Part shown: in pieces, positions 26,959-39,337 of the stretch
Position numbering within the stretch: position 1 is the stretch's first letter
How the letters are laid out: every line of letters begins with the position of its first letter
DNA from: Squalus acanthias
Lineage: Eukaryota
Assembly: GCA_030390025.1 (NCBI GenBank)
Contig: CM059432.1
Span: 115,322,001 to 115,386,000 of the forward strand
Direction of reading: 5' to 3'
DNA: 64,000 nucleotides
Position numbers and translations under genes: made by a program
The notes under the pieces: generated by a model
The model's input: the letters and a program-made list of their open reading frames with translations, nothing else
Database searches by the model: none
What the model was told of the DNA's origin: nothing

Positions 26959-27396
26959 AAAAGGCATAAATGTAATTTTCTTTTCTCTCTTTCTTTCCTT
27001 ACCATCTTTCTGTGCATCACAAATTTAAAAAAAGAAAAGACATAAAATTCAGCACACATGTAAACAAACATATAATAATCAAGACCACTGAACAAAAGCT
27101 AACAGAATCACATAATTTATCCCCAAAAGTTAGGTAAAATTCTATTATCTATTAAATTTGGTACAAGGGGTGCACATTTCATTGAAAACTCATTACCAGC
27201 AAATACAGTACCTGTTACTGCTGTAGGTGTAACATTTATCCAATGAATTGTTTTATGCTTCATTAAAGCTTTTACTTGAGTGCCTCAACCTCTCTCAAAG
27301 GCCTGGGCTTTTTTTTATTCGTTTTTATGGGATGTGGGCGTCGCTGGCAAGGCCAGCATTTATTGCCCATCCCTAATTTCCCTTGAGAAGGTGGTG

Positions 27397-27622
27397 GCCA
27401 GTGTCGGGAGCGGAGAGAGCAGCAGCACAGTGAGTATTTAAACTCACTTTCGCGGGCTTTTTTTCCCCAGAGGCCAGTGTCGGGAGCGGAGAGAGCAGCA
27501 GCACAGTGAGTATTTAAACTCACTTTCGCGGGCTTTTTTTTCCAGAGGCCAGTGTCGGGAGCGGAGGGAGCAGCAGCACAGTGAGTATTTAAACTCACTT
27601 GCGCGGGCTTTTTTTCAGAGGC
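27397..27622 (+). repeat. About 75-bp tandem repeat x3 (CR1 5' UTR monomers)
   Basis: gccagtgtcgggagcggagagagcagcagcacagtgagtatttaaactcactttcgcgggcttttttt...cagag, three times. Confidence 0.95.
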
Positions 27623-27930
27623 TTACCAATCTCACAGACCGGCGGCGGCGTTCCAGAGCCACGTCACAATTCAAAAAGTGACGCGGACAAGAGGAAGCAG
27701 CTGATTGGGTGAGTACGGCCAGGTGAGTATTTATACTACTCTGTAGTTTGACAGTTAAGGTTAATAGTTTATAAAGTTTAGAAGGTCCTAATTTTTGTGG
27801 TTATAGTTTCTAAGGTCTCTGTTGTGTAGCAGGGAGTGGTATTATACAAGGGCCCTTGAGTATATCATTTAATTGTAGTGTAATTTGTGGTATTGATTTG
27901 AGTTAATTTAAATTAATTAAAGGGTAAGTC

Positions 27931-28937
27931 ATGGCAGCACAGCTCAGCCCCGTGGCATGCTCCTCCTGCACTATGTGGGAAATCAGGGACACTTCCTGTG
28001 TCCCTGTTGACCATGTGTGCGGGAAGTGTATCCAGCAGCAGCTACTGGCAGAACGCATTGCGGCGCTGGAGCTGCGAATGGATGCATACTGGAGCATTCG
28101 CGATGCTGAGGACATCATGGATAGCACGTTTAGGGAGTTGGTCACACCGCAGGTAAAGGCTGCACAGGCAGGAAGGGAATGGGTGACCACCGGCAGAGTA
28201 GTAGGCGCGGGCAGGTAGTGCAGGGGTCCCCTGTGGACATCCCCCTCTCAAACAGATATACCACTTTGGATATTGTTGAGGGAGATGGCTTATTGGGGGA
28301 AGGCAGCAGCAGCCAACTTCCTGGCACCATGGGTGGTTCTGCTGCACAGGATGGGAGGAAAAAGAGCGAGAGAGCTATAGTGATAGGGGATTCTATTGTA
28401 AGGGGAATAGATAGGCGTTTCTGCGGCCGCAAACGAGACTCCAGGATGGTATGTTGCCTCCCTGGTGCAAGGGTCAAGGATGTCTCGGAGCGGCTGCAGG
28501 GCATTCTGGAGGGGGAGGGTGAACAGCCAGTTGTCGTGGTGCATATAGGTACCAACGATATAGGTAAAAACGGGATGAGGTCCTAAAAGCTGAATATAGG
28601 GAGTTAGGAGGTACATTTAAAAAATAGGACCTCAAAGGTAGTAATCTCAGGATTGTTACCAGTGCCACGTGCTAGTCAGAGTAGAAATAGAAGGATATTC
28701 CAGATGAATATGTGGCTAGAGGAATGGTGCAAGGGGGAGGGATTCAAATTCCTGGGACATTGGAACCGGTTCTGGGGGAGGTGGGACCAGTACAAACTGG
28801 ACGGTTTGCACCTGGGCAGGACCGGGACCGATCTCCTAGGGGAAGTGTTTGCTAGTGCTGTTGGGGAGGGTTTAAACAAAAGTGGCAGGGGGTTGGGAAC
28901 CTGTGCAGGGAAACAGAGGAAAGGGAAGCAAGGATAG
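27931..28937 (+). pseudogene. CR1 ORF1 (CxxC..CxxC zinc finger/leucine zipper plus SGNH esterase), frameshifted
   Basis: CSSC...CGKC; IVIGDSIVR, VVVHIGTNDIG and DGLHL esterase motifs across ORFs 27931, 28179 and 28653. Confidence 0.9.
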
Positions 28938-29965
28938 AAGCAAAAGACAGGAAGGAGAAAAGCAAAAGTGGAAGGCAGAGAAATCAAGGGTTTAAATCAA
29001 ACAGGGCTACAGTAAATAATAATTCTAAAAGGATTAAGAGTGTTAAAAAAACAAGCCTGAAGGCTTTGTGTCTTAATGCGAGGAGCATTCGTAATAAGGT
29101 GGATGAATTAGCTGCGCAAATAGATGTAAACGGATATGATATAATTGGGATTACGAGACATGGCTCCAGGGTGACCAAGGCTGGGAATTCAACATCCAGG
29201 GGTATTCAATATTCAGGAAGGACAGACAAAAAAGGGTACTGAATTTGGATGATCAGCCATGATCTCATTAAATGGCGGAGCAGGCTCGAGGGGCCGAACG
29301 GCCTACTCCTGCTCCTATCTTCTATGCTTCTATGAGCCGCCTTCTTGAACCACTGCAGTCCGTGTGGTGAAGGTACTCCCACAGTGCTGCTAGGGAGGGA
29401 ATTCCAGGGTTTTGACCCAGCGACGATGAAGGAATGGTGATATATTTCTAAGTCAGGATGGTGTGTGACTTGGAGGGGAACTTGGAGGTGGTGGTGTTCC
29501 CATGCGCCTGCTGCCCTTGCCCTTCTAGGTGGAAGAGGTCACGGGTTTGGGAGATGCTGCCGAAGAAGCCTTGGCAAGTTGCTGCAGTGCATCTTGTAGA
29601 TGGTACACACTGCAGCCACGGTATGCCAGTGGTGGAGGGAGTGAATGTTTAAGGTGGTGGAGGGGGTGCCAATCAAGTGGGCTGCTTTGTCCTGGATGGT
29701 GTCGAGCTTCTTGAGTGTTGTTGGAGCTGCACTCATCCAGGCAAGTGGAGAGTATTCCATCACACTCCTTACTTGTGCCTTGTAGATGGTGGAAAGGCTT
29801 TGGGGAGACAGGAGGCGAGACACTTACCGCAGAATACTTAGCCTCTGACCTGCTCTTGTTGCCACAGTATTTATGTGGCTGGTCCAGTTAAGTTTCTGGT
29901 CAATGGTGACCCCCAGGATGTTGATGGTGGGGGATTCGGCAATGGTAATGCCGTTAAACTTAGTG

Positions 29966-30477
29966 AGGGTGAAATTGGACTTTGTTGCACCTGTTTTCTG
30001 GATGGAAAATGGGTGCAAAGAAGTCAAATTTTGGGGGCCAACCTACCATGCCTGAACAGCATCGGAAATACATCTGAGACCATATTCAATTGGGTGCTGT
30101 AGAGGCCTCCTTGTCAACTGCCTAATACAGGCCTTAGGCCCCATGAATATGCTAATAAACGACCTACCATCTGTTTTAGGACTCGACCGTAAATTGGTTT
30201 GCCCTGAACGCAGAAGGCGCCGGGCCTGATGCATTGGGGGTTACCTGCTCTGCAGGCGGCCTAACCAGGTGTCCTTAAAGGGACCGCTGGAGACTGCACC
30301 AAAAAGGTACGTTTTTACAAAAAAACTGCAGATGGGCCCATGGTCCTGAGGGTGTCTTGCCTGCCTCATGCAAATTAAGTGCCCAGCCATCCCCACCCCC
30401 CCACAGCGGAGTATGGTAGGGTCAGCACAGGCAAGCCTGATCCCATGGATCACGGATTTTCGGGAACAATTTCTCTT
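29966..30477. mobile_element. Probable non-autonomous Harbinger-type element
   Basis: Ends gggtgaaattgg / caatttctc; abuts the 5' truncation point of the L2-like fragment. Confidence 0.35.
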
Positions 30478-30526
30478 AGAATTAGCTGTTTTGTTTGTAA
30501 AGATTAGATGTACCAGTGGAGACAAT

Positions 30527-31292
30527 GGCCCAGAAATTCAGGTCCCCACGGGTGAGTACGCACTGTGTACTCACCCGTAGGGCCACCGGAAGTGCCAGTT
30601 TCGCGCATGCACTGTGCATGCACGGAAAACCGGAACTTCCAGTCTCTTGAAGGAAGGGGTTCGCGGGTCAGCCGCGTGCGCGGGAGAGGCAGCGCGTACG
30701 CATCGAACTTCCGCTTTTTTTTATACAGGTTTCTCCATGCGGGTAAGTCCTGATCAGCTGCGCTTGGAAAAAGCAGGCGCAAGGCCTGCTTTTAACAAGG
30801 TAAGAGGTGAATTAAGTAAAATTGAAACATTTTTTCCACAGGTTTATCATTTTTAAATACTTTAAAGAAAGGTAAGTTTATTTTTAGCCCTGTTAAAAAC
30901 TTTAATAAATTTTTTCAAAAATTAAAATTTTTGTTTAAAATAGTTAATTTATGTAATTTATAGTTATTTTAAAAATGTGATTTTTTTTATAATTTATTTG
31001 AAGTTTTACTTAGGTTTTGGGGCCGATCTCTATTCATAGATTTCACAGGTCTTCCTGTCAAATTTATGAATGGAGATTCCCTGCTCCGATTGGCTCCCCA
31101 TGGCCCACGTGATCCCAGGGGACGCTGCGAACTAGCTTCGCCGCTGGGATACGCGAGCATTGCACACCGGCAGCTGGAGGAGGCCCAGGATCGGAATCCC
31201 ACGCGGGCCCACAGCACAACGGCAGGCGCGCTATGTAAGTGCACCCGCTATGCTTGCACCCGCGGGAAGCCTCCGACCCGAATTTCTGGGCC
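30527..31292. mobile_element. Non-autonomous Harbinger-type element (766 bp)
   Basis: 18-bp TIR GGCCCAGAAATTC(A/G)GGTC; perfect AAT TSD; CpG-rich ends and AT-rich centre. Confidence 0.88.
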
Positions 31293-32785
31293 AATGCCTA
31301 CTTGCTGGAAGTTGCAAATTAATACAATGCTGAAAAAGAGGCAATGAGAGCTGGAAATGGCGGTCACATATCAACAACAGCAGCAGCACAATGTTGCACA
31401 AATGTTACTGGTGTTTCCACCTGCACGTTTGGTGCTGATTGCAGAGTATTAAAAACTCATTGTGATCTCAATCTTCCATTGTCTGTCAAAACCTGTGTTT
31501 GGAAAGTTTTTATAAATACCTTATCAACTGTGCTACAGAATGCTTCAGGCCTTCTTTACAGGCATTGTGAAAGGAAATGTCTGTTGCATGTTGATTCACA
31601 CAGCACTGGATATCAGCATTTAAGCTAGAATGTTTAAACTAGACACCGGAGTCACATTAAACATGGTGTCACACTCCACATGTTGGTGTTCTAGTAGCTG
31701 TTTACTCTTGATGCATTATGCTGTCTAATACTGCTGAACCTTTTTTCAGTAATCAAGTTGGACTTGAACACCCCAGCACACCTGCTTATTTGCATGAGGT
31801 GCTTTTACATTTGGCACTTCTGCAGTTCAGATCTTGGGAGAGTGACATCAGTGCACCGGACGTCCCTCTGCCACTCCATTACTAAAACATGGCTCCATTT
31901 ATCCCTACGCACGATTGAAAACCCACAAAATATACGTGGACGCTGCTATGCTGTGATTTGAACTACTACAGTACCTCAAGTCATAACAGGGATCGCTACG
32001 TGAGATCGATGAACTGAAACTGGATAGTATGAGTCCAAGTTGCCTCTGTTACTGGGCCATTTGCAGCATTGTGTGTTATCAAATCCATTTTGCATCATTT
32101 TGTGCATATTCAGTAAATGTTTTAAATTGTTCTGGACAGCTTATGTCCATTCACAAATTATTTGCACAAAGCCTGAATGTGTATATAGAAAAGAAACCAA
32201 GTTCCGTCTAATTCGCTGTCTACCAACCCAGTAGTCACATGATACAATGATAATGGATAATAATCACAGCGATCAATCTCCATCAATGAGTCTACAACAG
32301 ACCCAGACATGAGGCAAGGAAAACCCCAGTGGTGTAGAGCTTTGGGAATCGTAGGTCCAAACTCACCAGTTTCCCCACCCCCCCCCCACCCCAAGCATGT
32401 TACACTCACCACACGTCATGTCTCACATTACTCATCTCCTGTATCCCAAAATGTTATTTTCTGAAAGAAATACAGGATAGAAATTCTGGCAGCGATTTAA
32501 TCCGACCATGACTCCACCAAAACCTCAGGGGAAAAGTCATAATTGGGGCAGTCAATTAGTCACGATTTATGCGTTCATTTATTTGGAGATTTATTTTTAA
32601 CACAGAGGTTACCAGAAGAGTACCTAAGTTTGAATAAGGTTTTGCCTACCAACAGCCAAGAGCTTTAGCCTGCTGAACAGTGGCTTCCTCTTCTGCTGGT
32701 GGTGCTCCTGAATAAACATGCACTCTTTTCTCTGCTAGGAGAAAACCACCTTGGTACACAGAGCCAAATTCTTGTTCATAAAAGA

Positions 32786-32882
32786 TAGAAATAAAGACTT
32801 GCATTTATACAGTGCCTTTCACAACTTCAGGATGTCCCAAAGCGCTTTACAGCCAATGAAGTACTTTTTGTCACGGTTGTAA
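32786..32882 (-). mobile_element. Deu-domain SINE 3' fragment
   Basis: agacttgcatttata...caaagcgctttacagccaatgaagtac. Confidence 0.75.
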
Positions 32883-33271
32883 TAATGAGCAAAAAACAAC
32901 ACAGGAAGTGGACGGGAGAAAATTGCTTGTTGCAGAAAATTGGAATGTAGACCTGGGACAGGTGCGGCCGGAATTTTCTGTACCTGGGCTGGTTGGGTGC
33001 GGGCGGTCGCTGTGGCGGGTCGCGACCCCGTTCCTCATTCCATCCCGCTCCTGAGATCGACTTTCCGTTAATGGCACCTATTAAGACAGCCCTGCGCATT
33101 ACCCAGCTCAATTAAATGGTGCGGGTCTGATGACGTCATCAATGACGTCATCGATGACACGTTTTCAGCTGGGATATTTAAAGGAGCCATGGCCACATTG
33201 CATTTGAAGGTTCATCTAGGATTATGCAGACACTGCACTGCACCATTGGAGTGTTGCAAAGAGTTTTAAAC

Positions 33272-35172
33272 ATGACTGCACAGTGACAGAGGGTTGCACC
33301 CAGGTTCTCAGATGACCCACTCCATATGCTTGTGGAGGGAGTGAGAGCACTCAGGGGGTTCCTCCTCCCTTCCGATGGGTGGAAGAGACCTCCCCGGCAG
33401 ACCAAAGGAGCTTGGCTCCAAATAGCAGAGGAGGTCAACAGCAGGGATGTGGTCAGGAGCACCTGGGTGCAGTGCCGCAAACGTTTCAATGTTCTCATTA
33501 GATCAAGAAAGGTGAGTGCAGAGCCACACTCAACTTCATCCTGCTGTGCCTCTCATCACATCCCCATCACTCTGCCTTCCCAACCCTACTCCTGCACATC
33601 TTCACTCACACCAACAAACCTTGCATGTCCACCCATCCCTCTCTCTCTGTCTACATTATCACAGCCCCATCTTACTAACCACATCTCACACTCACCCTCA
33701 TCCTAATGTAATCATATCAACTAACAACACACAAGGAGGCCACTTGGCATTGGCACCCCACTGCCTCATAGTCACCCTCTAAAGATGTAACCCATCCATT
33801 CCTTAAACTCATTCCATTACTCTCACTCAACCTTCTCTTCTTTCCCTCCTTGCAGGAAAAGAGAGCCCACAATAAGAGGGAGAGGGAGAGAACCGGGGCA
33901 GGCCCTTCATCATTGGCCACCTTAACAGCAGCAGAGAAAGTTGCCTTGGAAGTGTCCGGAGTCGCAGAGCAGCTGGAGGTGGGAGGCGGAGAGAGGGGGA
34001 CATCTCAGCAACCTGGTGACAGAATTACATCTCATACAGCCATATGGCATACAGCAGTCACTCATATGGGGACTGATGTCAGCAGCCACTGAATGTTCAT
34101 CATGTGCATAATGGTATGTGTACCCATTCTTCATATGAAATATCTAATTCATTTTTTTACTCTCCCACAGGTCCATCAAGAGCCCCCCCCCCCCACCTCA
34201 CTAACCATCCAGGAGGAAGAGGAAGATGACTCCTGAGAGGAGCCTCCAGTCTCTGAGGGTGCACCGTCACCAGACATAAGCACACCCAGCACCAGTGCAG
34301 ATACACACACCTCGGTGGGTCCCACACAAGATAGAGTAGTGTTATCACCTGGTGTCTTACAACTCACAAGTGAGCAAGAGCAGATGGTGGAGACAGGGAC
34401 AGCAGTGGAGACTCCTTGCCGGAGGGCACAGGATGCCCCCAGCTCTGCTCAGCTGCATGCAGGCGCTGAGCCTCGGGGGCCATCCAGAAAGAGGGCGATC
34501 CTGGAGGTGCAGCAAGAAGTGCAGAAGGCTTTGACAGGTTTTGCGACCGCAAATGTGCAGAGAATGGAGGAGTTCATCTCCAACATGAGCACCACCGTGT
34601 CGCAGGCGATGGCGATTGTAGGCTCTTCCATGGATAGGATGGCCACCTGCATAGAGCAGCTAATGCGCCACTCACAGGAGCATATGCTATCTATAGACAA
34701 TAGATGGCTATCTATGGCAACTAGAAGACAGACGCTCATAGACGTCCTCTCTAGGAGGGATGTCAGTATAGACGTGGGTCCTCATGTCCCCACTGCTGTG
34801 TAGCAAGGTGCTCTCCAGCTCCGTGCTAGCAGGGAAGTGCGGGTGACCCATGAGAGGGATGATGGTGAGAAGGGACATGGAAGTGGGGGCTCCTCTCAAA
34901 GCGCTCACACTTCTCTCCCGTTGCCCTCCCCCCCCCGACAGTCAGAACCCCATATGGCTCCTCGGATCCCGATGACCGAGTCTGCCCCTGCACAGTCGCA
35001 GGAGGAGCAAACTTTGGCGGGGCAATCACAGGCTCCAAAACCCAGAGGACATCCGCCAATAGTGTCTATGCAATTGCAGCAGGGAAGTGAGCAGGCTACC
35101 TCTACCTCTGCTGAAGCCGAAGGGATAGCACCTCATAGAAGCACGCATAAGAGAAAGATGAAACACAAGTAG
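33272..35172 (+). pseudogene. Harbinger Myb/SANT-like gene, exons 33272-33511, 33856-34015, 34171-35172; premature stops
   Basis: AWLQIAEEV..RSTWVQCRKRFN Myb/SANT motif; canonical splice sites; basic tail RSTHKRKMKHK. Confidence 0.88.
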
Positions 35173-35449
35173 ATGCACAAGGGTAGCCGCTTCGGTGTTT
35201 TAATAAATGTTTCTGTATAGTTTCTGTTACTGAGATGTCACGCATAAAACTATTTTCACCACTTTCCAGTTACGGACAAATTTGTGAGCAACTTTGGAAG
35301 TGGCTTAGTGAGTTGGAGTGAATGGTCAGACATAACGTTACCTCCAGCAATGGTGGTCAGTGTGAAAGGAATGGCTTGGTCATTGTAAGGATGCTTTATG
35401 GTGTTGCTGTTGGGGGGTGCCAACGTGGCGCAGCATGTGGCATCCAAAT

Positions 35450-36620
35450 TGGTGTAATGCCTGAAGTTAAGTAAATCTGGCCATGATCCCTGGCCTCCTG
35501 GGCAGCAATGTGCTCGGGTGCTGGTGGGATCTGGACCACAGGTTCCTCCTCCTCTGAAGAGGCTGTGCGCTCAGTGCCTTGCTCCTCATGCAGCGCTAAT
35601 CCTCGCTGCTGCACTATGTTGTGCCAGGTGCAGCAGAACACGATGATTCTGGAGACCCTGGCTGATGCATACTGAAGGGCTCCTCCAGATCTGTCAAGGT
35701 ATCTGAAGCGCATTTTCAGCATGCCTATTGTCTGCTCTATGACACATCTGGTTGAGATGTGGCTTTCATTAGATGTCTCCTCAGCCTCAGTACTTGGCCT
35801 CCTCAAGGGTGTCATGAGCCACGTCTTCAGTGGATAGCCCTGGTCTCCAAGCAGCCAGCCGGAAAGTCTGTTTGGAGGAGCGAAGAGCTGAGGGAGAATG
35901 GACTGGTGCAAGACGGAAGAGTCATGGCAGCCTCCAGGGAATTTGGTGCACACATGCATGATGATCTTCCTATGGCTGCAGACGAGCTGCATACTGAGGG
36001 AGTGGAAGCCTTTGCGGTTGACAAAGACTCCTGGGTGATGATGGGGTGCCCTGATGGCCACATGTGTGCAGTCGATGATGCCCTGCGCCCGTGGGAAGCC
36101 AGTCAGAGCGGCAAAGGCCAGCACCCGCTCAGTAACACTGGCTTCATCAGTGGCAAAGTTGATATAATTGGCTGACTTGTCAAAGAGGGCATCACCTGTG
36201 TGATGCATCTGTGGGTGGCTAACTGCGAGATGCCGCAAATGTCTGCTGCAGATCCCTGGAAGGAGTTTGAGGGCGCTGGTGACTTTGACAGTCTCTGGTA
36301 TGGCGTGTCCACCCACTCCTCTGGGCTGCAGGTCTTGTTCCAGCAATCTGCAAATGTTTGCGACGACCTGGCGCGATAGCCTGAGCCTCCTTTGGCACTG
36401 CTGCTTCGTCATGTTGAGGAAGCTCATCCTCTGCCTGTGTACCCTGTGTTAGGGGTATTGCCTCTGGCGCGGTGCAGCCCTCCGCTGCTGCCCTCTGTCC
36501 TGTGCAGCATCAGGTGGTTGAGGGGTAGGTTGGTAGTGTTGTTGTTGGTGCAGCTGGTGTTGGGGCTCATCGTGGTCCGAATCTGAGGACCAAGGTGAGA
36601 CAGTATAAACTGCACCCATT
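35450..36620 (-). pseudogene. Harbinger DDE transposase pseudogene
   Basis: ORF 35396-36427 contains [44 protein letters not shown] and CCTWHN. Confidence 0.93.
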
Positions 36621-37610
36621 CTGATGTAATAGATGGTAGGTGAAGTAGAGATGACAGAAGCAATCTGTCAATGGTGTGATAGGTTCTACCAATGAGGTGA
36701 CACTGGATCCTGACTTTGTGGAAACACTTGCAACCTCTAGAAAGCTAACTCTGTGCTGACCATGAACTCAACAACAGCATCTGCCTTAGGAAAGTGACCA
36801 GCTGTCAGGTGGGAGATTTTATTGTACTTTTCATGCGGTGCACTAATGAGGTGGATCAATGGTCACTCAACTTCCGCCTCAGGTTCACAGACGTGGTTCT
36901 GAGCTGCGTGATTCCCGCGCTCATCCAGGGAAATTTGAAAGGTAGCGTTAAAAAGAGGCTTAAGGGTCTGACAAGTACCTCATAATGATCTCAATGACCT
37001 CGGCCGCCTCTGCCATTCAGGTCGCTGACATGCTGGCAAACATGCCCGAGGAAAAGGTGCATGGGGGCAGGATGATGGTGGGTTCCCAACCTGCTCAAAA
37101 TTTTTTCAAAGTTCCCTCCAGACATGCCTCCAAATGCGCTCGCACGGACCCCAGAAAATTCCTTGTAGAACTTTAATACTTTGTTTATACAGTGAACATA
37201 TTCCAAGGTGGCTCGAGCCCATGGTGCACAGGTTACACAGCTTCTCAATGTAAATATTGAGGCGATGTGGTCCCAAGCACCAAGTTAAATTCATGATAGG
37301 ACTTCATTCAGGCGTGCAGCCAACGCTACCCTCGCTATTCATTGGCTGCACGCTTGTTTGAGGGGTCGGAAAATCGGACATCTCTGACGCCACTTAAAGG
37401 CAGCCAGCACCTCTAAAAAGGGAGGTGAATTCTGGCTGCAGACAACAGGTAAACTTCCCAGATTAAAGAAGATGGCTGGAAGAGGTCCAGACAAGGCACC
37501 CATATTCTCCGATGCCGCATTGGAGGCCCTGATCCAGGTTGTCAACAGGAGGAGGGAGATCCTGTTCCCCAAGGGGCAGAAACCTCTCCAGGCAACACCT
37601 CTGCCACCAT

Positions 37611-37716
37611 AAAGAAAAAAGAAAGACTTGCATTTATATAGCGTCTTTCACGACCTAGGACGTCCCAAAGCACTTTACAGCCAATGAAGTACTTTTTAGG
37701 TGTAGTCACTGTTGTA
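37611..37716 (-). mobile_element. Deu-domain SINE 3' fragment inside Myb exon 1 of copy 4
   Basis: gaaagacttgcatttatatagcg...tgtagtcactgttgta. Confidence 0.8.
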
Positions 37717-37840
37717 CTGCAGTAAAGAGTGGGAAGAGGATGCTGAGGCGGTCAATGCCAGGAGCTGAGCTCCCAGGACACGGCTGCAATGCCAAAAGCA
37801 GTTCAGTGACCTCGCCACAATTGTCAAGGTAAAAATTCTG

Positions 37841-39337
37841 AGGTTAGGAATTCGTTATAGCTCGCAAAATTTGTCCTCACTCCTCATTAAAATGATTGCA
37901 GTCATGATTCTCGTCTAAAAACCCAAGCTCATTGGCATTACACGGAAAAGATGGACCAATATCGGGGGCAGTCTACATGCAAGTAATGATTGCCACAGGC
38001 TTTTTTCACAGCTTAAAGGGGAGGTTCATTGATGCTGCAGCACCTCATTCTCAGCATTGTCGGGTGTGCAGCGGCTTAACAACCACAAAAAGAAGGACAA
38101 GGAGAAGGAGCACTTATTTACAAATCCTGATGGCAGATTGCTGCCCCAGGGAGAGAGCCCAGAGGTTTTCCGATGAAGCTTTGGAGGCATTGGTTTTAGC
38201 GGTGGAGAGAAGGCAAGCGGTCCTGTACCCGCCAACTGGTAGGAGGCCCTCGCCACAAGTCTGCCAGACTATGTGTGGGGAGGTGGCACACCACGTCACG
38301 GGCAGCACTGTGGTCCCCAGGATCCCCACACAGTGCAGGAAGAAGTTTAACAAGCTCACATAGGGGGTCAGGGTGAGTGACGGCTTCAACAAATGCTACA
38401 TACCACCATCTGTACCACAAGCTTCACACACTGCTCAATGCACCATACCCCCAGCACTCACCCACCAACAATCTCTACCTAGCAACACTCACACCCAAAT
38501 CTCACACCTTGCACACAATGACAGCTATTCAACTGTGGCAGGCACAAGGTTATTAGAATTCATGTGATATGTTTATAGATACATTTATTAATTGTGTTTG
38601 GAATATTTTGTGGTCTCTCTCATTTCACCTTTGCGCCCAGGAGGATGCTGTGATATGGCATGAGACAGGGATTGTATGATGGGGATGTGGTGAGCTGCGG
38701 GGATCTGGGGTTTCATTCATGCGAATCGGAGTCTGATGAGCCGGTCACGGACAGTCCGTCCGGAAGGCTGATTGTCTCGCTGCCTCCGCCATAGATCCTG
38801 GAGGGCGAGGTCCCCTGCCGGTACAGCCCCCATGACTTTTAGCAAGTGTTGTAGGTTGGAGCTTTTCAGAAACAATTATGGAGTTTTGTACTTGCCACAA
38901 CACTCCCTGATACCAAAGAACCTTGAAATGAAAAAAGAAAACTCTTCCAGTAGCAGGAAGTAGCACACACCACTCAAACTTCAAAAACCTGTCAGGTCCG
39001 AGTGATTGGTGAGGATCCCTTTAAATAGTGTCGCTGGAGCTGGCTTCCTGCTGTTGCATGTCACCTGAAGCTGTCGTTGTTTTCTTCAGCCGGTAGGTTC
39101 CTTGACTGTAACGAAGTTGGGAGATCAGGCGTCAAGTGAGCGTTGCACACTCACTGATGCCACGATCTCAATGATGGCGAGGTCCCCAGCAATCATGTTC
39201 AGCGGCAATGCTACCGGCAACACCGATATGATGTGGGGCGCTGGAACCGGCATCAGGTGGCGTTAAAGCTCTCAACGGTGTTTTAGCGCCATCTTGTGGC
39301 GCTAACATGTGGCGCAAACCACACGAATTTCTCCCCC
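37841..39337. mobile_element. Internally deleted Harbinger nested in intron 1 of the copy-4 Myb gene
   Basis: TIR-like AGGTTAGGAATTCGT / GGGGGAGAAATTCGT; Myb exon (RFSDEALEALV...QCRKKFN) at 38129-38372. Confidence 0.75.

Larger units (their letters stand above)
27397..29334 (+). mobile_element. CR1 LINE with 5' end and ORF1 but most of ORF2 deleted
   Basis: 5' tandem monomers, ORF1 zinc-finger/esterase, about 60 codons of APE endonuclease (LNARSIRNK...ITxTWL), then a CR1 3' UTR ending ttctatgcttctatg. Confidence 0.9.
27308..29960 (-). mobile_element. L2/Crack-like LINE 3' fragment split by a CR1 insertion (27308-27397 and 29334-29960)
   Basis: ILGVTIDQKLNWTSHI and IYKAQVRSVMEYSPLAW motifs; gaaggtggtgg|tgagc is contiguous in the sister copy at ~4980. 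Confidence 0.85.
32966..37166. mobile_element. PIF/Harbinger DNA transposon copy 3 (near full length, about 4.2 kb)
   Basis: Inverted GGAATTTTCTG / CAGAAAATTCC at the ends; convergent Myb-like and transposase genes. Confidence 0.88.

Noticed and set aside
27397..27622. CRISPR-like array
   Set aside because: The units are directly tandem with no unique spacers; the context is a eukaryotic LINE 5' UTR and there are no cas genes
35396..36427. Host HARBI1 gene
   Set aside because: It has local frameshifts, is paired with a Myb gene between inverted ends, and has many paralogous decayed copies, so it is a transposon copy; no gene symbol assigned
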